From assembly GCA_963840855.1 (NCBI GenBank), contig CAWJBB010000050.1:64001-128000 (forward strand): a DNA stretch of 64,000 nt, written 5' to 3'. Below, one piece after another: positions 49,748 to 60,886 of the stretch; the stretch's first letter is position 1, and each line of letters starts with the position of its first letter. Source of the stretch: an uncultured delta proteobacterium. GTDB lineage: Bacteria; Desulfobacterota; Binatia; UBA9968. The notes under the pieces are model-generated. The model saw nothing but the letters and a program-made list of their open reading frames with translations. It searched no databases and had not been told where the DNA came from. Made by a program: the position numbers and the translations under genes.

Positions 49748-50566
49748 TTATGGGTGCATATATTCGATGGGCGGCGGCTCGATGTCGGTTATGACCTCGG
49801 TGACCCCGGGTACCTTCTTGGCGATATCCACGATCTCTTTTTCCAGCTCAGTATCGGCGAGAATGCCCGAGATTTTCACGCGTCCGCCGTCCGCTTGAAC
49901 GTTGAGAATGACGTTGCGCGTGCGCGGCGCGATGATCAGCGCCGCCTGTACTCTCGCCGTCGTGGTAAGATCGGCAAACGCCTTTTCGGATTCCGGGGTG
50001 GACTGGGCGTCAATACGGCGCGCGGCGTCGGTAACGAGCAACGCCGCCGTGTCGTTGCTAACGCGGGTCGTGTTGATTACCAGGTCGTAGAGCAGCGGGT
50101 CCTGCCAATCGATATTAAACAGCGAACGCAGCCGCCGGCTGCGCACTCGGTCCAGTTCTTTTAGATACCGTTTGGCGCTCTCCTCATCCCCTCCCCGCTG
50201 GGCCCTGGCTCTTTGCGCCCGAGTATCGGCGTCAGCAATGGTCAGAACTTTCAAGACGCTAGGAACGCCGGGGAAAAACGCCTGGCCCGCCCGGCCGTGA
50301 TAAATCAGATTGCCGCCCTGGGCGACTTCGCACATGGCCGCCTGCAGCGTGATGCGGTAGAGCCTGAGGCTCTCCAACCAGCGCTCCCACCAGTGGCCCT
50401 GGGTTTCCAAAACCTCGGTGAACTTGGCCTCGGCAATGCCGTAACGTTGGCTTGCTTCGAGCAGCACTTCGCGGCTCACACTGCGGTAGTTCAGGTTAGC
50501 AGCCACCTTTCCGGCGATCTCGCCGCCCCCGGTGTAAGCCCCATGCGATATGGTTATAATGGCCAT
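49748..50566 (-). CDS. Cytidylate kinase-like family protein with a C-terminal BON domain
   Basis: IITISHGAYTGG.EIA, YDLVINT, VKISG...AKKVPGVTEV. Confidence 0.85.
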   Translation of the reverse strand: MAIITISHGAYTGGGEIAGKVAANLNYRSVSREVLLEASQRYGIAEAKFTEVLETQGHWWERWLESLRLYRITLQAAMCEVAQGGNLIYHGRAGQAFFPGVPSVLKVLTIADADTRAQRARAQRGGDEESAKRYLKELDRVRSRRLRSLFNIDWQDPLLYDLVINTTRVSNDTAALLVTDAARRIDAQSTPESEKAFADLTTTARVQAALIIAPRTRNVILNVQADGGRVKISGILADTELEKEIVDIAKKVPGVTEVITDIEPPPIEYMHP

Positions 50567-50911
50567 GCGCGCAACCTCCTTCCAGAATCCAAAGTCGCCA
50601 AAGTTACGAAGATAACGCCACCCTTATGCCGCGAACTCTACGCCATTATATCCCATTGTCAAAGCACCAGGGTCAAGGCAAATTTTCCGGCGCAATAAGA
50701 CGGTAATTCGCCCCAAAGGCGAGGAAGAACGATGCTAAAGAATGGCGCGCCCGGAGGGATTCGAACCCCAACCCCCAGATCCGTAGTTGGCTCTAATACA
50801 ATTTCACAAGAAATGGCAAGGGGAAGAAAGCCCGTTTCTCATAGGAGAGCGGGCTTTTCTTTTCCCTTGATTAAGGTACGTTCCTTGTGTGGAAACAAGT
50901 TTAGAAACAAA

Positions 50912-51268
50912 TTATTTAGTAGCGGGATTGAATTCAGTGTAAGCGGTAGGGTCGAATAAGTTGATCGATTGGATCTCGGAAACCGGGATGACGATTTCAA
51001 AATCACTGACGCCTGTTTTTATCATCTCTAGTTCTTGGCGGATAATCTTTGCATAAACTGCTGCGTAATCCACGGCCAAGTTTAATTTAAATGATGTTGA
51101 ATCCCTGTATCCGCTCTTAATTGGCAGCAGTTGAATATATTTGCGATCGTACATCGGGTTAATCGTTCGCGTCACTAAACCGATGTATACCTTGCGACTT
51201 CGAGGTTGTGAGAATGGTCGGTATGATTTTGTCGTTGTCCTGACAATCGCGCAGGTGATGCTCACCAA
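50912..51268 (-). pseudogene. C-terminal fragment of a hypothetical protein
   Basis: Plausible protein-like C-terminus (RKVYIGLV...LLPIKSGYRD); disrupted 5' end. Confidence 0.4.
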
Positions 51269-51838
51269 GCGCGCCGTCGTCGGCCGTAACCCGCTGGCAA
51301 TAGTTCGGGTCCTTGCTCGTCTTCATCTGGTTGACGAAGTCGCGCACGGCCGGGCGTGATTCTGCGTGGCGCAGAGTTAACATGCAAAAAAACCCTTACA
51401 GGGGGAAGAAAAAAACCACGCCAAAACAGGTGTGGGCTTTGAATAGTTAACAACAATTGTTGATAACCCTGTTGATAACATCACGCGCAGGCCGATTTAG
51501 GGTGCAGGCGAGCGAATTGCATAAATTTTCGGCACAAAATATCCCACAATTAACGATGAGTTATAAATTTCGAAAAAAGTGTACAGCTTTGTTACACCTT
51601 GGTTATTGCAATATTTCAGCAAATAATTCTTGATTTTTACAGAAAAAATAAGATTAGTTAAAAGTGTTGTTTGATGCGCAATAAATGAGCCATTAAAATC
51701 GCCTCGTCGCATTTGCAAGACATGTTAAGAGCTAAGAGCGGACTTGACCCATCTTCCTGACGAAGAAACCGGTAGCCGGCAGGAGTGCGGTGAGAATAAG
51801 CAAGCTAAGCTGTGTACGAATACGGGTGCATAATGCCG

Positions 51839-53302
51839 CTATCTTTCTAGACACCGATCCAATCTTCGTCGCCAATTTCTCGATTTGGCCCTCGGTTGAT
51901 CGCCACACGGACAAACTTGGTCGTTTACAGTTCCGAAAATATCGTTGTCAATTGCCACGGGCAAGGTAACAGTGAATGTTGATCCTTTGCCAACTTCACT
52001 CTCAACTTCCACCTTGCCCCTGAGTAGCTCCGTGTACTTCTTGACGATATAAAGCCCCAGACCCACTCCTCCTTGGACTCTCGTATCAGAGCTATTTGCC
52101 TGGCCGAAAAGCTCGAAGATGTGCGATTTCAGCTGCCCTGGTATTCCGATTCCTGAATCTTGCACTTTCAATTCAATGGCTTGTTCAGCCCGAAGATACC
52201 GTACGAATACGCTGACTGAACCTTGCTCGGTGAACCTAATCGCATTGTTCAGCAGATTTTTTATAATTGCTTTGATCTTGTCGACATCTGTTCTTATTGC
52301 AGGGAGCTCGGGGGGCAACCGCCACTCCAAGGTAATATCTTTATGCAGCGGCGTGTTGTAACCTGCCTTAAGATCCTCTATGAGTTTCGCGAGATCAACT
52401 TCATGCGTCTCCACCATGACCTTCCCTGTCTCAAGTCTCGTTGCCTCAAGAACGTTGTCGATTAATGTAAAGAGTTCGGTCGACTGCCCTTGGATGGCCC
52501 TCACTGCCTTCGATTGCTCTTCTGACAACGAGCCCAGGAGTCCATCCAATAGCATTCCGGAATAACCAAACAAGGTGGTCAGCGGGGTACGGACTTCATG
52601 CGACATGAAGCGCAGAAACGTTGATTTTACTTCGTTCGAACGTTCCAGTTCAGCATTCTTTTCTTGAAGTTCGCTCGCCTGCCGCTTGATTTGCTCATAG
52701 AGCTGAGCCTGGCAGGCGGATAGTTTCGGGCAGAGATATCCTATAACCTCATGGGCATAAGCTTTCTGAATCGCAATAGCTGCTTGAGCGGCGAGCGCCG
52801 AGAGAAACTCAATTTCCTCTTCGGTGAACAGGTGCTTCTCTTTCGTATAGTATTCAAGCACCCCCAAGAATTCGTCCGAAACAACTAAAGGCACACCGAG
52901 ATACGAGACCAGGGCGTGCTCACGAAAGAAAGCGGTTTTCCGGGTTCGCGAACCACGCTGAAGATTCGCAACTACTAGCGGAGTCTTAGTTTTTCTCAGT
53001 TCCCTATCGAAGGGGGAATCCGCGATCTGCCACCGCTTCATATCAATGTTCCGGGACGCTTCAGGCTTTAATGTTCCTGTTTGTCTGTTCCACAACCTAA
53101 CCGCACTCGCATGGGAAAATGGGAGAAAGCGCTCAACATTCTCCAGCAGAAGATAGAGGACCGTGCGCAGGTCCAATGTCGAGGTGATCGCCGTAACGAT
53201 CTCGCGAAGGGCCCTGATACGCTTGAGATTGTGTTGCGTTTCTTCGAAGAGGAGGGTCTTTCCTCCTTTATTCGGTTGGGCACGGCTTGTAATACGAGAC
53301 AT
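51839..53302 (-). CDS. GAF sensor histidine kinase
   Basis: YLGVPL, MSHEVRTPL, NLLNNAIRFT, DSGIGI, GVGLGL. Confidence 0.9.
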   Translation of the reverse strand: MSRITSRAQPNKGGKTLLFEETQHNLKRIRALREIVTAITSTLDLRTVLYLLLENVERFLPFSHASAVRLWNRQTGTLKPEASRNIDMKRWQIADSPFDRELRKTKTPLVVANLQRGSRTRKTAFFREHALVSYLGVPLVVSDEFLGVLEYYTKEKHLFTEEEIEFLSALAAQAAIAIQKAYAHEVIGYLCPKLSACQAQLYEQIKRQASELQEKNAELERSNEVKSTFLRFMSHEVRTPLTTLFGYSGMLLDGLLGSLSEEQSKAVRAIQGQSTELFTLIDNVLEATRLETGKVMVETHEVDLAKLIEDLKAGYNTPLHKDITLEWRLPPELPAIRTDVDKIKAIIKNLLNNAIRFTEQGSVSVFVRYLRAEQAIELKVQDSGIGIPGQLKSHIFELFGQANSSDTRVQGGVGLGLYIVKKYTELLRGKVEVESEVGKGSTFTVTLPVAIDNDIFGTVNDQVCPCGDQPRAKSRNWRRRLDRCLER

Positions 53303-53314
53303 CTTGTCCTCTCC

Positions 53315-53710
53315 CTATGATTTTTGTTCGCTAGCGGAACTTTCGAGCGAGCGCCCTAGAGCAGCGAAAAGTTCCTCGGGCTCGAATGGTTTCTGCAGGA
53401 ATTCACTTGCACCCACGCTCTGCACCTTTTCACGTAGGTAGAGAGCGCTAAATGCAGACATTATGATGACCTCCGCCTTGGGGCTAATCGACTTGATCCC
53501 AGCCGTCAGCTGAAAACCGTCCAAGCCGTCCATAACTACATCCGTCAGTACAACGTCGGGAAGATGGGTTCTAAAGAGCCCGAGTCCGTGAATACCGTTC
53601 GAAGCCTCTAAGACCTGCCATCCACAGAACTGAACAGCCTCTGCAATGCCCTGCCGCACTGCTTCATCGTCCTCTACGATCAGGATTGTTTTCGGTTTGG
53701 ATTGCTCCAT
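53315..53710 (-). CDS. Single-domain response regulator
   Basis: ILIVEDD, LTDVVM, KPF. Confidence 0.9.
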   Translation of the reverse strand: MEQSKPKTILIVEDDEAVRQGIAEAVQFCGWQVLEASNGIHGLGLFRTHLPDVVLTDVVMDGLDGFQLTAGIKSISPKAEVIIMSAFSALYLREKVQSVGASEFLQKPFEPEELFAALGRSLESSASEQKS

Positions 53711-53910
53711 TTAAATTTTTGCTCCCGAGCGTAGTTGAGCAATTCAGGTGCCAGTTTTTTCGCAACGGGTTTTTACAGGCAAATATGAAAACTGCGGCGA
53801 TACCACTATCGCCGCCCGGCTATAGCAAACTGGAAGGTCGTCGTAATCAACACAGGAATGAGAAAGGGTTTTTCGTATCGCCGGACGGCGATAGCAGCGT
53901 ACAGGGGTTG

Positions 53911-55239
53911 TTAGGACTTGAGGCCGTACTTTTTGATGAGGCGGAAGAGAGCGTTCTGGTTCATCTTCAACAGAACCGCCGCCTTAGAGACGTTGCCTTC
54001 GGTCAGAGCCAGGGCCGTTCGGATGGCCCGTTTCGACCATTCCTCCGCAGCGTTGTCTTTCGCCGCTTTGAAAGACAGCAAAGGGAACCTGCCCGGCTCC
54101 GGATCAAGATGCTCAACTTCAATCCGTGCTGCACCCGATGTCTTGCTGCGCAGGACTGCTTTTCCCAGCACATTCGCTAGTTCACGTACATTGCCCGGCC
54201 ATGGACGGCTTACTAAGGCAGCCAGCGCCTCCCCCGATATTTCCGTGGCTCCGCGGCCGCCGCTCCTATCATTCATCTTCGCTCGGTCCACGAGCATCCG
54301 GGCAATGATCGGGATGTCTTCAGGATGGTCTCTTAACGGGGGCATAAATATACGGTGCATGTTAAGCCGATAGTAGAGATCTTCACGAAAAGTTCCCTCT
54401 CTTATCATGGTTTCAATATTGGCGTTGGTGGCCGCTACGGACCGCAATTGAACTTGCTCTGGCTTTTCCGCGCCAAGACTCCAGATCTCTTTAGTTTCGA
54501 TGGCGCGAAGGAGCTTCGGCTGTAATTCAAGGGGGAGAGAAGTTATCTCATCTAAGAATAATGTTCCTCCCTCTGCCAGCGCGAAGCGCCCTCGTTTTCT
54601 CGCGTCGGCACCCGTGAAAGCTCCTCTTTCGCGACCGAAAAGTTCGGATTCCACAAGCTCCTTGGGCAAAGCTCCCATATTGACCGCGATGAACGGCTCT
54701 TTTTTTCGCGGCGAGAGGTCATGAATAGCGCGCGCGGCCAGCTCTTTTCCGGTGCCGGTCTCTCCCGTGATCAATACGGGCCAGTCCGAAGTCGCGGCCA
54801 AATCGATTTCCTGATAGACCTTTTGCATCAAGGGGCTGGAGCCCACAAGCTCTCCGTGGGAGACGCGAAAGGCCATTTCCCTCAGTTTCAGCGTTTCTTC
54901 TACGGTTCGGATATGGGAAACGAGCTCTTCCGGGTCAAAAGGTTTGGTGAGGTACGCCCGGGCTCCGCGACGCATGGCTTCAACTGCCGAGGGGATTGTT
55001 CCATACGCGGTCATTATAACAACTTCTATTTCCGGCTTTCGGCGCCGCGCTTGCTCGAACAGCTGCGTCCCATTCATCCCCGGTAGTTGAAGGTCGGTGA
55101 CCAGTAGATCCACCTCAGGGATCTTTTTTAAGGCGGATTCGCCGTCGGTCGCGTAGTCGATATCCAGCCCGGAATCTTGAAAGGCCTCTCGTAGAGCATC
55201 GATTACAGCGGCGTCATCCTCTACCACTAAGGTTCTCAT
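53911..55239 (-). CDS. Sigma-54-dependent response regulator (NtrC/AtoC-like)
   Basis: REC domain, GETGTGKE, ESELFG..GAFTGA, FREDLYYRL, WPGNVREL, Fis-type HTH. Confidence 0.93.
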   Translation of the reverse strand: MRTLVVEDDAAVIDALREAFQDSGLDIDYATDGESALKKIPEVDLLVTDLQLPGMNGTQLFEQARRRKPEIEVVIMTAYGTIPSAVEAMRRGARAYLTKPFDPEELVSHIRTVEETLKLREMAFRVSHGELVGSSPLMQKVYQEIDLAATSDWPVLITGETGTGKELAARAIHDLSPRKKEPFIAVNMGALPKELVESELFGRERGAFTGADARKRGRFALAEGGTLFLDEITSLPLELQPKLLRAIETKEIWSLGAEKPEQVQLRSVAATNANIETMIREGTFREDLYYRLNMHRIFMPPLRDHPEDIPIIARMLVDRAKMNDRSGGRGATEISGEALAALVSRPWPGNVRELANVLGKAVLRSKTSGAARIEVEHLDPEPGRFPLLSFKAAKDNAAEEWSKRAIRTALALTEGNVSKAAVLLKMNQNALFRLIKKYGLKS

Positions 55240-57657
55240 CGCTCCTCGTGCTTGTTGGCGAGTGGGAGAATAATCTCAAAACAAGCTCCGCCTCCGTTTC
55301 TGTTTTCCGCTGTGAGCGTTCCCCCGTAACTTTCACAGATTCTTTTTGCAATGGGAAGGCCCAAGCCCGTGCCCGTGCTCTTCGTCGTATAGAAGGCTTC
55401 AAATAGCCGCTCTGGATCGAGCCCTAATCCAGGTCCGTTGTCTTCGATCCTGATGACGATCTGAAGATCTCGGGTTTGCGCGGATACATGCAGGTCGTTA
55501 TCGCGCCCCAGCGCCTCCCGCTCGTTCTCGAGAAGATTGATGAGAACTTCTTGCAATTCGTCAACACTGACGGAAACGCCGGGCAGCGAATGCGGCAGGT
55601 TCACGATGACCCGGACTCCCTTTGCCTCGAAACTTGGCTCAAACAGATCGGTGGCAGCGCGTATAACTTCAGCGTATGAAACCAGCTTCGAATTAGCAGT
55701 GCGTTGCTTAAAAAACCCGAGCATCGATCGCGTCGCCCGGCCGATCCGATCCAATTGCCCAGTCACAAGATCCAGCCGTTCAGCGATCTCGGGTCGGTCA
55801 GCCATAGTTTTCTTTAAGGTATGTAGCCGTGTCTTGATAGCAAGGAGAGGATTGTTGATTTCGTGCGCGACGGAGGCGGCCACCCGGCCAAGAGTTGCCT
55901 CTCGTTCGGAGATATGCAAGGCCCGCTTCGCTTCTATCAGTGCGGTAATATCTTGGATCGTTCCGCCCAAGCGGACAACCCGCCCTTCCCCGTTCTTTGT
56001 CGCGTGGAAAATAGCGTTGAAGTGTCGCAAGGGACCACGCAAGGGGTTGCTGCGAAACTCTTGGGTGAACGAGTCACCCGTTTGGACGGCCCGCGTGAGT
56101 CCTTTCTCAATAAAGTGACGGTCATCGGGATGCACCATCTCTAGAAATTGCACGAGCGTCGGGGCTCCACGCGCCGGGTCACAGTCAAACAAGCGAAACA
56201 TCTCCGCCGACCACGAGCCCGTCTGCGTTGTCAGATCCAGTTCCCAACTACCGAGCTTGGCGCGCTCTTGGGCGGCGCGGAGGTCTGCTTCGCTTTTGCG
56301 CAGCTCCTCCAGCATGGTCTCCCGTGTCTGTCTGGCCCGCCCGCGCTCAAGAAAAAAACTTGCCAGCGTGATCGCAATGAAGCTAAAGGCGAGGGCGACA
56401 CCCGGAAATACCGGCGAGATGAACAGCCCCGTAGAACCCATCAGCCAGCCGGTCGCGATCCAAAGCCCGCCAGCCGCGGCGACCAACATGACGCCGCCCC
56501 ACGCGACTCCAGCCACAGGGGCAATGAGCGCGGCAATGGGGCCAGCAGCCATTACAAGCGCAAGCTCGATGGCAGGTGCCGCGGGAGATCGCCGGATGAA
56601 GTCACGCCGCAAGATACTATCGGCTACAGTAGCGTGGACCTCCACGGCCGGAAATGTCGTGTCCAAAGGTGTTGCAACGCTGTCGCCAAGTCCGGGGGCA
56701 GAGGTGCCCAGAAACACGATGCGGTCGCGCAACTCTCCCTCGGCTACACGATCCTCGAGAACATCGGCAGCGGAAATGTAAGGAAAGGTCTGCTTCTGAC
56801 CACGGAAGTGCAGGAGCACTCCGCCTTTCGGATCGAGAGGCACAATGATGTCTTCCAGGGCGAGTGATACCGTTCCGCTACCAGTCGTTCGGAGAACAAA
56901 CTGTCGGAGGCCAAGAGCGGGAATCAGGGTGGCTAAGCCGAGGCTCGGATAAACGAGCCCTTCGCGGGCGATGATGAGCGGCATCCGCCGGACAATCCCG
57001 TCAGCGTCGATCGTCACATTCGAGAAGCCTGAGCCGGATGCCGCCTTTCCAAGACCAGGAAGGCTGCAAAGCGTCGCCGACGACTGGAAAAGCGCAGGTT
57101 GTCCCCTGGCGCCTGGTTCCTGCAAAGAGACTGCAGGAATTGGATGGAGCACGCAGCTCCTTCCTTCCTCCCGCTCCGCGCCGAACCGCATTTGGTATCC
57201 GAGGACAAAAACGCCGCCACCAAGCACCGCGGCGAGCGCTGCGTCGTTAGGCGTCAGCGCGCCCGGATCCCCCCGCGGTTCCTTGGCAAGTGTCGTGGAT
57301 GGTCGCTCCGTCAGAGACGGTGGGGTCTCGTCTGGCTCAGCGAAGATCATGTCGATTCCGACGCTCGCAGCGCCAAGCGCCCCGATCTTTTCCACGAGCT
57401 GCGCGAGCCGGCTGCGCGGCCACGGCCATCGACCAAACCGCGTCAGGCTTCGCTCGTCGAGGTTCACGATCACGACTCGTCCCGACGTCTGAAAGCGGTG
57501 CGCAGACTGGAGCAGGACATCGTAGGCCTGCCGATCCAGTTCAGGCTAGGAGGAACGGCGGATGCAGATAGAGCCCAGCTACTAGCAATGAGGCGATTAG
57601 TCCCCACGCACCAAGATACCCGTAAGAGGGCCGGTCTCTGTCGAGCGGTGTTACCAC
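55236..57657 (-). CDS. CHASE2-PAS sensor histidine kinase, apparent frameshift near 57544
   Basis: GRWPWPR, DADGIVRR, VEVHA (CHASE2); PAS; AHEINNPL; FYTTK.GTGLGL; the N-terminal TM segment is in another frame. Confidence 0.85.
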
Positions 57658-58283
57658 ACGGTGATCTCAACGCGGCGATTGCGAGGCTCCAGAACCTCGT
57701 CGCCGGTCTTGACCAGAAGATTATCCTCACCGTGGGACTCAATCTCGAGGATATTCGGGTCGATGCCCTGGGCGGCTAGTAGGTCAGCGACTTTTCTGGC
57801 GCGTCCCAATGACAGCTGATAATTGTAGCCACGATCCCCCGTGGTGTCCGTATGGCCGATGATACTGATGACCGTGGCGCTGCGATCCCGCGCCGTCCAA
57901 AGAGCTTCTGGGATCAACGCCTCGGCTTCTGGCGTCAAGTCTTCCGAATTTTCTCTGAAATAGAGGATGAAACGTGCGGGCCCGGCAGGCTGCACCTCCA
58001 AAGCCGCCCCGAATATCCGGCTGATCTCAGTCTGCTCGAGAGCTAACGGCGGGCTCGGTGCATTGTCGGCACTTCGGACTGTGGAGGCTTGGCGGGCTTG
58101 GTCTAGGACTTGACTGCCTGTCTGATTCGTCACCGTGATCCTGCCGACCTCACCCTCCAAGTCGGGAATCAAGACGAACATGCTCTGCTTCGGCGCTGCG
58201 CACCCGGCAAGCAGGATGAGACACACGGCCCGCCCAAGCCGCGATGGGCTGCACTTCTCGTACCATCGTCCTCCAGTGTGCAT
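57651..58283 (-). CDS. OmpA-family lipoprotein
   Basis: Lipobox LAGC; IGHTDTTG...NYQLSLGRA...NRRVEI. Confidence 0.9.
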   Translation of the reverse strand: MHTGGRWYEKCSPSRLGRAVCLILLAGCAAPKQSMFVLIPDLEGEVGRITVTNQTGSQVLDQARQASTVRSADNAPSPPLALEQTEISRIFGAALEVQPAGPARFILYFRENSEDLTPEAEALIPEALWTARDRSATVISIIGHTDTTGDRGYNYQLSLGRARKVADLLAAQGIDPNILEIESHGEDNLLVKTGDEVLEPRNRRVEITVW

Positions 58284-58293
58284 TGGCCTTGTT

Positions 58294-58788
58294 CTACGGT
58301 GTCTCCACTTTTGCCAGGAACTGAGTTCCCCGGACTCCGAGAATTGCTACGGGTGTCTCGACGCGGACAGCGTCATGAGACAGCTTGGCGATGTTCCCCG
58401 AGACAAAGGCCATGACGCCGCGAGCCATCTTGACGACTAGTCCCAAACGGCCCTTCGCTGGCGCAAAGACGAAATGGTCGATCCGGATCTCGCTTTCGGG
58501 TCCGAGCGACAACCTTGTGTCGTCGCGCAGCACTACCCCCATTCGACCGTCGGCACCTGTCCGGAGGACGTCTCCTTCCTGGAGAGCAAGCCCCAGGCGG
58601 GCTGGCAGCGTTTCGTCTCCGCGTTGTACGGTGGCCACCCCTTCGGTCAATTTGACAAGACCTATCGGAGACGAAGCGCCCGCGATCGTTTCGAACAGGA
58701 CTAGAACGAGCACCATAGCAACCGCCATGATAGGCAAAGCTCTCATAAGCCCTTCCCACCCGAGGCGGCTATCCGGGAGAGGTGACAC
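58294..58788 (-). CDS. FecR-domain periplasmic protein
   Basis: LQEGDVLRTGADG...DDTRLSLGP...VETPVAILGVRGT; true start likely at MRALP. Confidence 0.88.
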   Translation of the reverse strand: MSPLPDSRLGWEGLMRALPIMAVAMVLVLVLFETIAGASSPIGLVKLTEGVATVQRGDETLPARLGLALQEGDVLRTGADGRMGVVLRDDTRLSLGPESEIRIDHFVFAPAKGRLGLVVKMARGVMAFVSGNIAKLSHDAVRVETPVAILGVRGTQFLAKVETP

Positions 58789-59202
58789 GCTGTAAAAAAG
58801 CGCTATCGGGAAGTCAAAATTCCTGTCAAAACCAATTGTGCAGAGCGGGAGGACGATCCCACTTCACTTCGACCGGGAACATTTTGTCCCCGTCAGAGTT
58901 CATAGGTGTTCATAAGTGTTGGATAACGTATAGATAAACGACAAGGTGGAAAAAGTCAAATGACCCAGATTGACAACGAGCAGTTAAACAAGCACGTGAA
59001 AAACATGATTTTGTTGTCCAGCCGACTGTCTTGAGCCGTCTCCATAGGGCTTTCGGCGGTGGCGCGGAGACATGGTCGCGCCTGCGGGGTATGATCTTGC
59101 GCAGGCGGAAAAAGAAGCCGACAAGATCAAAGTGCGCCGAGTAGCGGTTTGAAAAAGATGCGCAAGAACATGGCCACTGATTATTTTCATTGAATTAAAG
59201 AA

Positions 59203-59279
59203 TGGCGCGCCCGGAGAGATTCGAACCCCCAACCCCCAGATCCGTAGTCTGGTGCTCTGTCCAATTGAGCTACGGGCGC
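59203..59279 (-). tRNA. tRNA-Arg(ACG)
   Basis: GCGCCCG TAGCTCAATTGGACAGAGC, CCAGA-CTACGGA-TCTGG, GGTTCGAATC, CCA end. Confidence 0.95.
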
Positions 59280-59291
59280 GTTCTGATCAGC

Positions 59292-59647
59292 CGTCCGCCC
59301 TTCGACGAGCTCAGGACGAACGGCCAAAGCTTGAATTTTGGCATGTCAGCATCCGTTCGTGGTGAGCATGGCGAACCATGAACGGATCTAACGACACAGT
59401 CTCTTATGGGAACGGAGAAATAGCGGCGCTGTCATGCCGCAGGAACGCCAAACTACCATAGCCCACAGGCAAATTCCACAAATTGCGCCGACTTCCGATT
59501 TCATCCCTATTGCCTAATGCCTGTTGCCTATCCGGTTTCCAAAAAACTCCCTAGGAGTCCTTCGACGCGGCTCAGGACGAACGGAGGGGATTTCATATCA
59601 TTGATGATTTTCCGTTCATGTTGAGGCTCTCAAAGTATTCCGAACCG
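59292..59647. repeat. Two REP-like palindromic units
   Basis: ccttcgac..gctcaggacgaacgg paired with ccgttc.tg.tgag, at ~59298-59385 and ~59559-59647. Confidence 0.6.
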
Positions 59648-59668
59648 TTTTTCAGCAACTGCAAGTGC

Positions 59669-60886
59669 CTATTTCTTAAACCAGGGCAACGGGTCGACGG
59701 AACGGCCGTCCTTGCGCAGCTCGAAGTACAGCTTGGCTCCGGCAAGCGAGTCGCTGTCGCCGGCCAATCCGAGGGTCTCGCCCCGTTTAACGCTGTCGCC
59801 GTTTTTTTTGAGCATCTCGGAGAGATGCGCATAAACGGTGTAATAGCGCTCGCCGTGATCGACAATGATCATCTTGCCGTAACCGGCGAAGCGGTCGGCA
59901 AAAGCCACCGTGCCTTTTTCCACGGCTTTGATATCCTGGCCGAGGGCCGCCCTAATATCGATGCCGTTGCGGAAGACCTCGGCGGCGAACTCGCGGTGCC
60001 GGGTCTTGCCGAAGCCGCTCAACAACTCGCCTTTCACCGGCCAGTCAAGCTTGCCATAGAGCGCGCCGAGGCCGATCCCCGGCGGCGTTGCCGGCGGTTT
60101 CCTCACGGCCCGCCGCGACAGCTCATCGATCATCCGTTGTAGCCTGAGCGCCGCCTGCTCCAGTTCCTTTAGCGCGCGCGTACGCGTCTCTTTTTCTTGC
60201 CGGACGCTGGCGAGCAGCTCTTTTTTCTTGTCCCCTTCCCTGCGTATCGCCTCGCGGGCGCCGGCGAGTTCTTTTCTCTGGCCGTCCAGCTCGTCTTTTT
60301 TTTGCGCCAGCTCTTCTCTCAGCTGTTCTTGGACTTTCGCCTCCTCGCTGAGCTGCGTGACCAGATCGCGGTCGTAAAAGAGCGCCGTTTCCAAATAACG
60401 CTTGCGTTGTAGATAGACACCGAGGGGAACGTCGCCGCTGAAAATCATGAACGGACTGCCGCTTCGATGCCAGCGGTAAAGCGCCACGGCGCGTTCTCTG
60501 AACAGCTGGCGCCGTTTCTGGACCGACGACTCGATGGCCGCGGCTTTCGCCTCCTTTTCCTGTAATTCAGCGGCAATCGATTTGAGCTTACTATTCGCTT
60601 CTTTCAGTTCGCCGGTTTTGCGCCCGAGCTCGCTCTCGATTTTCTCCAGAGATTGCAGGAGAGAGCCTTCCTGCTTGCGCGCCTGGGAAATTCCTTGCTT
60701 CTCTCTTTCGATCTTTTTTCTGATTGCCTCCAAATCCTTCTCGACGCTGGCGGCCTGGAGGACCGGGGCGGACGTCAGAAGGAGCGATATCATCAGCACG
60801 GCCCTCACCCTGACCCTCGCCCAGAGGGCGAGGGAAGAGAGCCGCACCGGTTTTAAGGACGGGTGGCGCTTTTTAAAGCTCGCCAT
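59669..60886 (-). CDS. envC: EnvC-like murein hydrolase activator (coiled coil plus M23 domain)
   Basis: Long coiled coil; WPVKG, NGIDI, GYGKMIIVDHG, LYFELR; directly downstream of ftsEX. Confidence 0.88.
   Translation of the reverse strand: MASFKKRHPSLKPVRLSSLALWARVRVRAVLMISLLLTSAPVLQAASVEKDLEAIRKKIEREKQGISQARKQEGSLLQSLEKIESELGRKTGELKEANSKLKSIAAELQEKEAKAAAIESSVQKRRQLFRERAVALYRWHRSGSPFMIFSGDVPLGVYLQRKRYLETALFYDRDLVTQLSEEAKVQEQLREELAQKKDELDGQRKELAGAREAIRREGDKKKELLASVRQEKETRTRALKELEQAALRLQRMIDELSRRAVRKPPATPPGIGLGALYGKLDWPVKGELLSGFGKTRHREFAAEVFRNGIDIRAALGQDIKAVEKGTVAFADRFAGYGKMIIVDHGERYYTVYAHLSEMLKKNGDSVKRGETLGLAGDSDSLAGAKLYFELRKDGRSVDPLPWFKK

Larger units (their letters stand above)
50736..59248. 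mobile_element. ~8.5-kb island inserted in tRNA-Arg(ACG), no integrase
   Basis: ~52-bp direct repeat taaagaatggcgcgcccggag.gattcgaacccc(c)aacccccagatccgtagt at 50736-50787 and 59196-59248. Confidence 0.85.

Noticed and set aside
50743-50787. Second tRNA-Arg gene
   Set aside because: Only the 3' half is present, with an indel; it is an att duplication.
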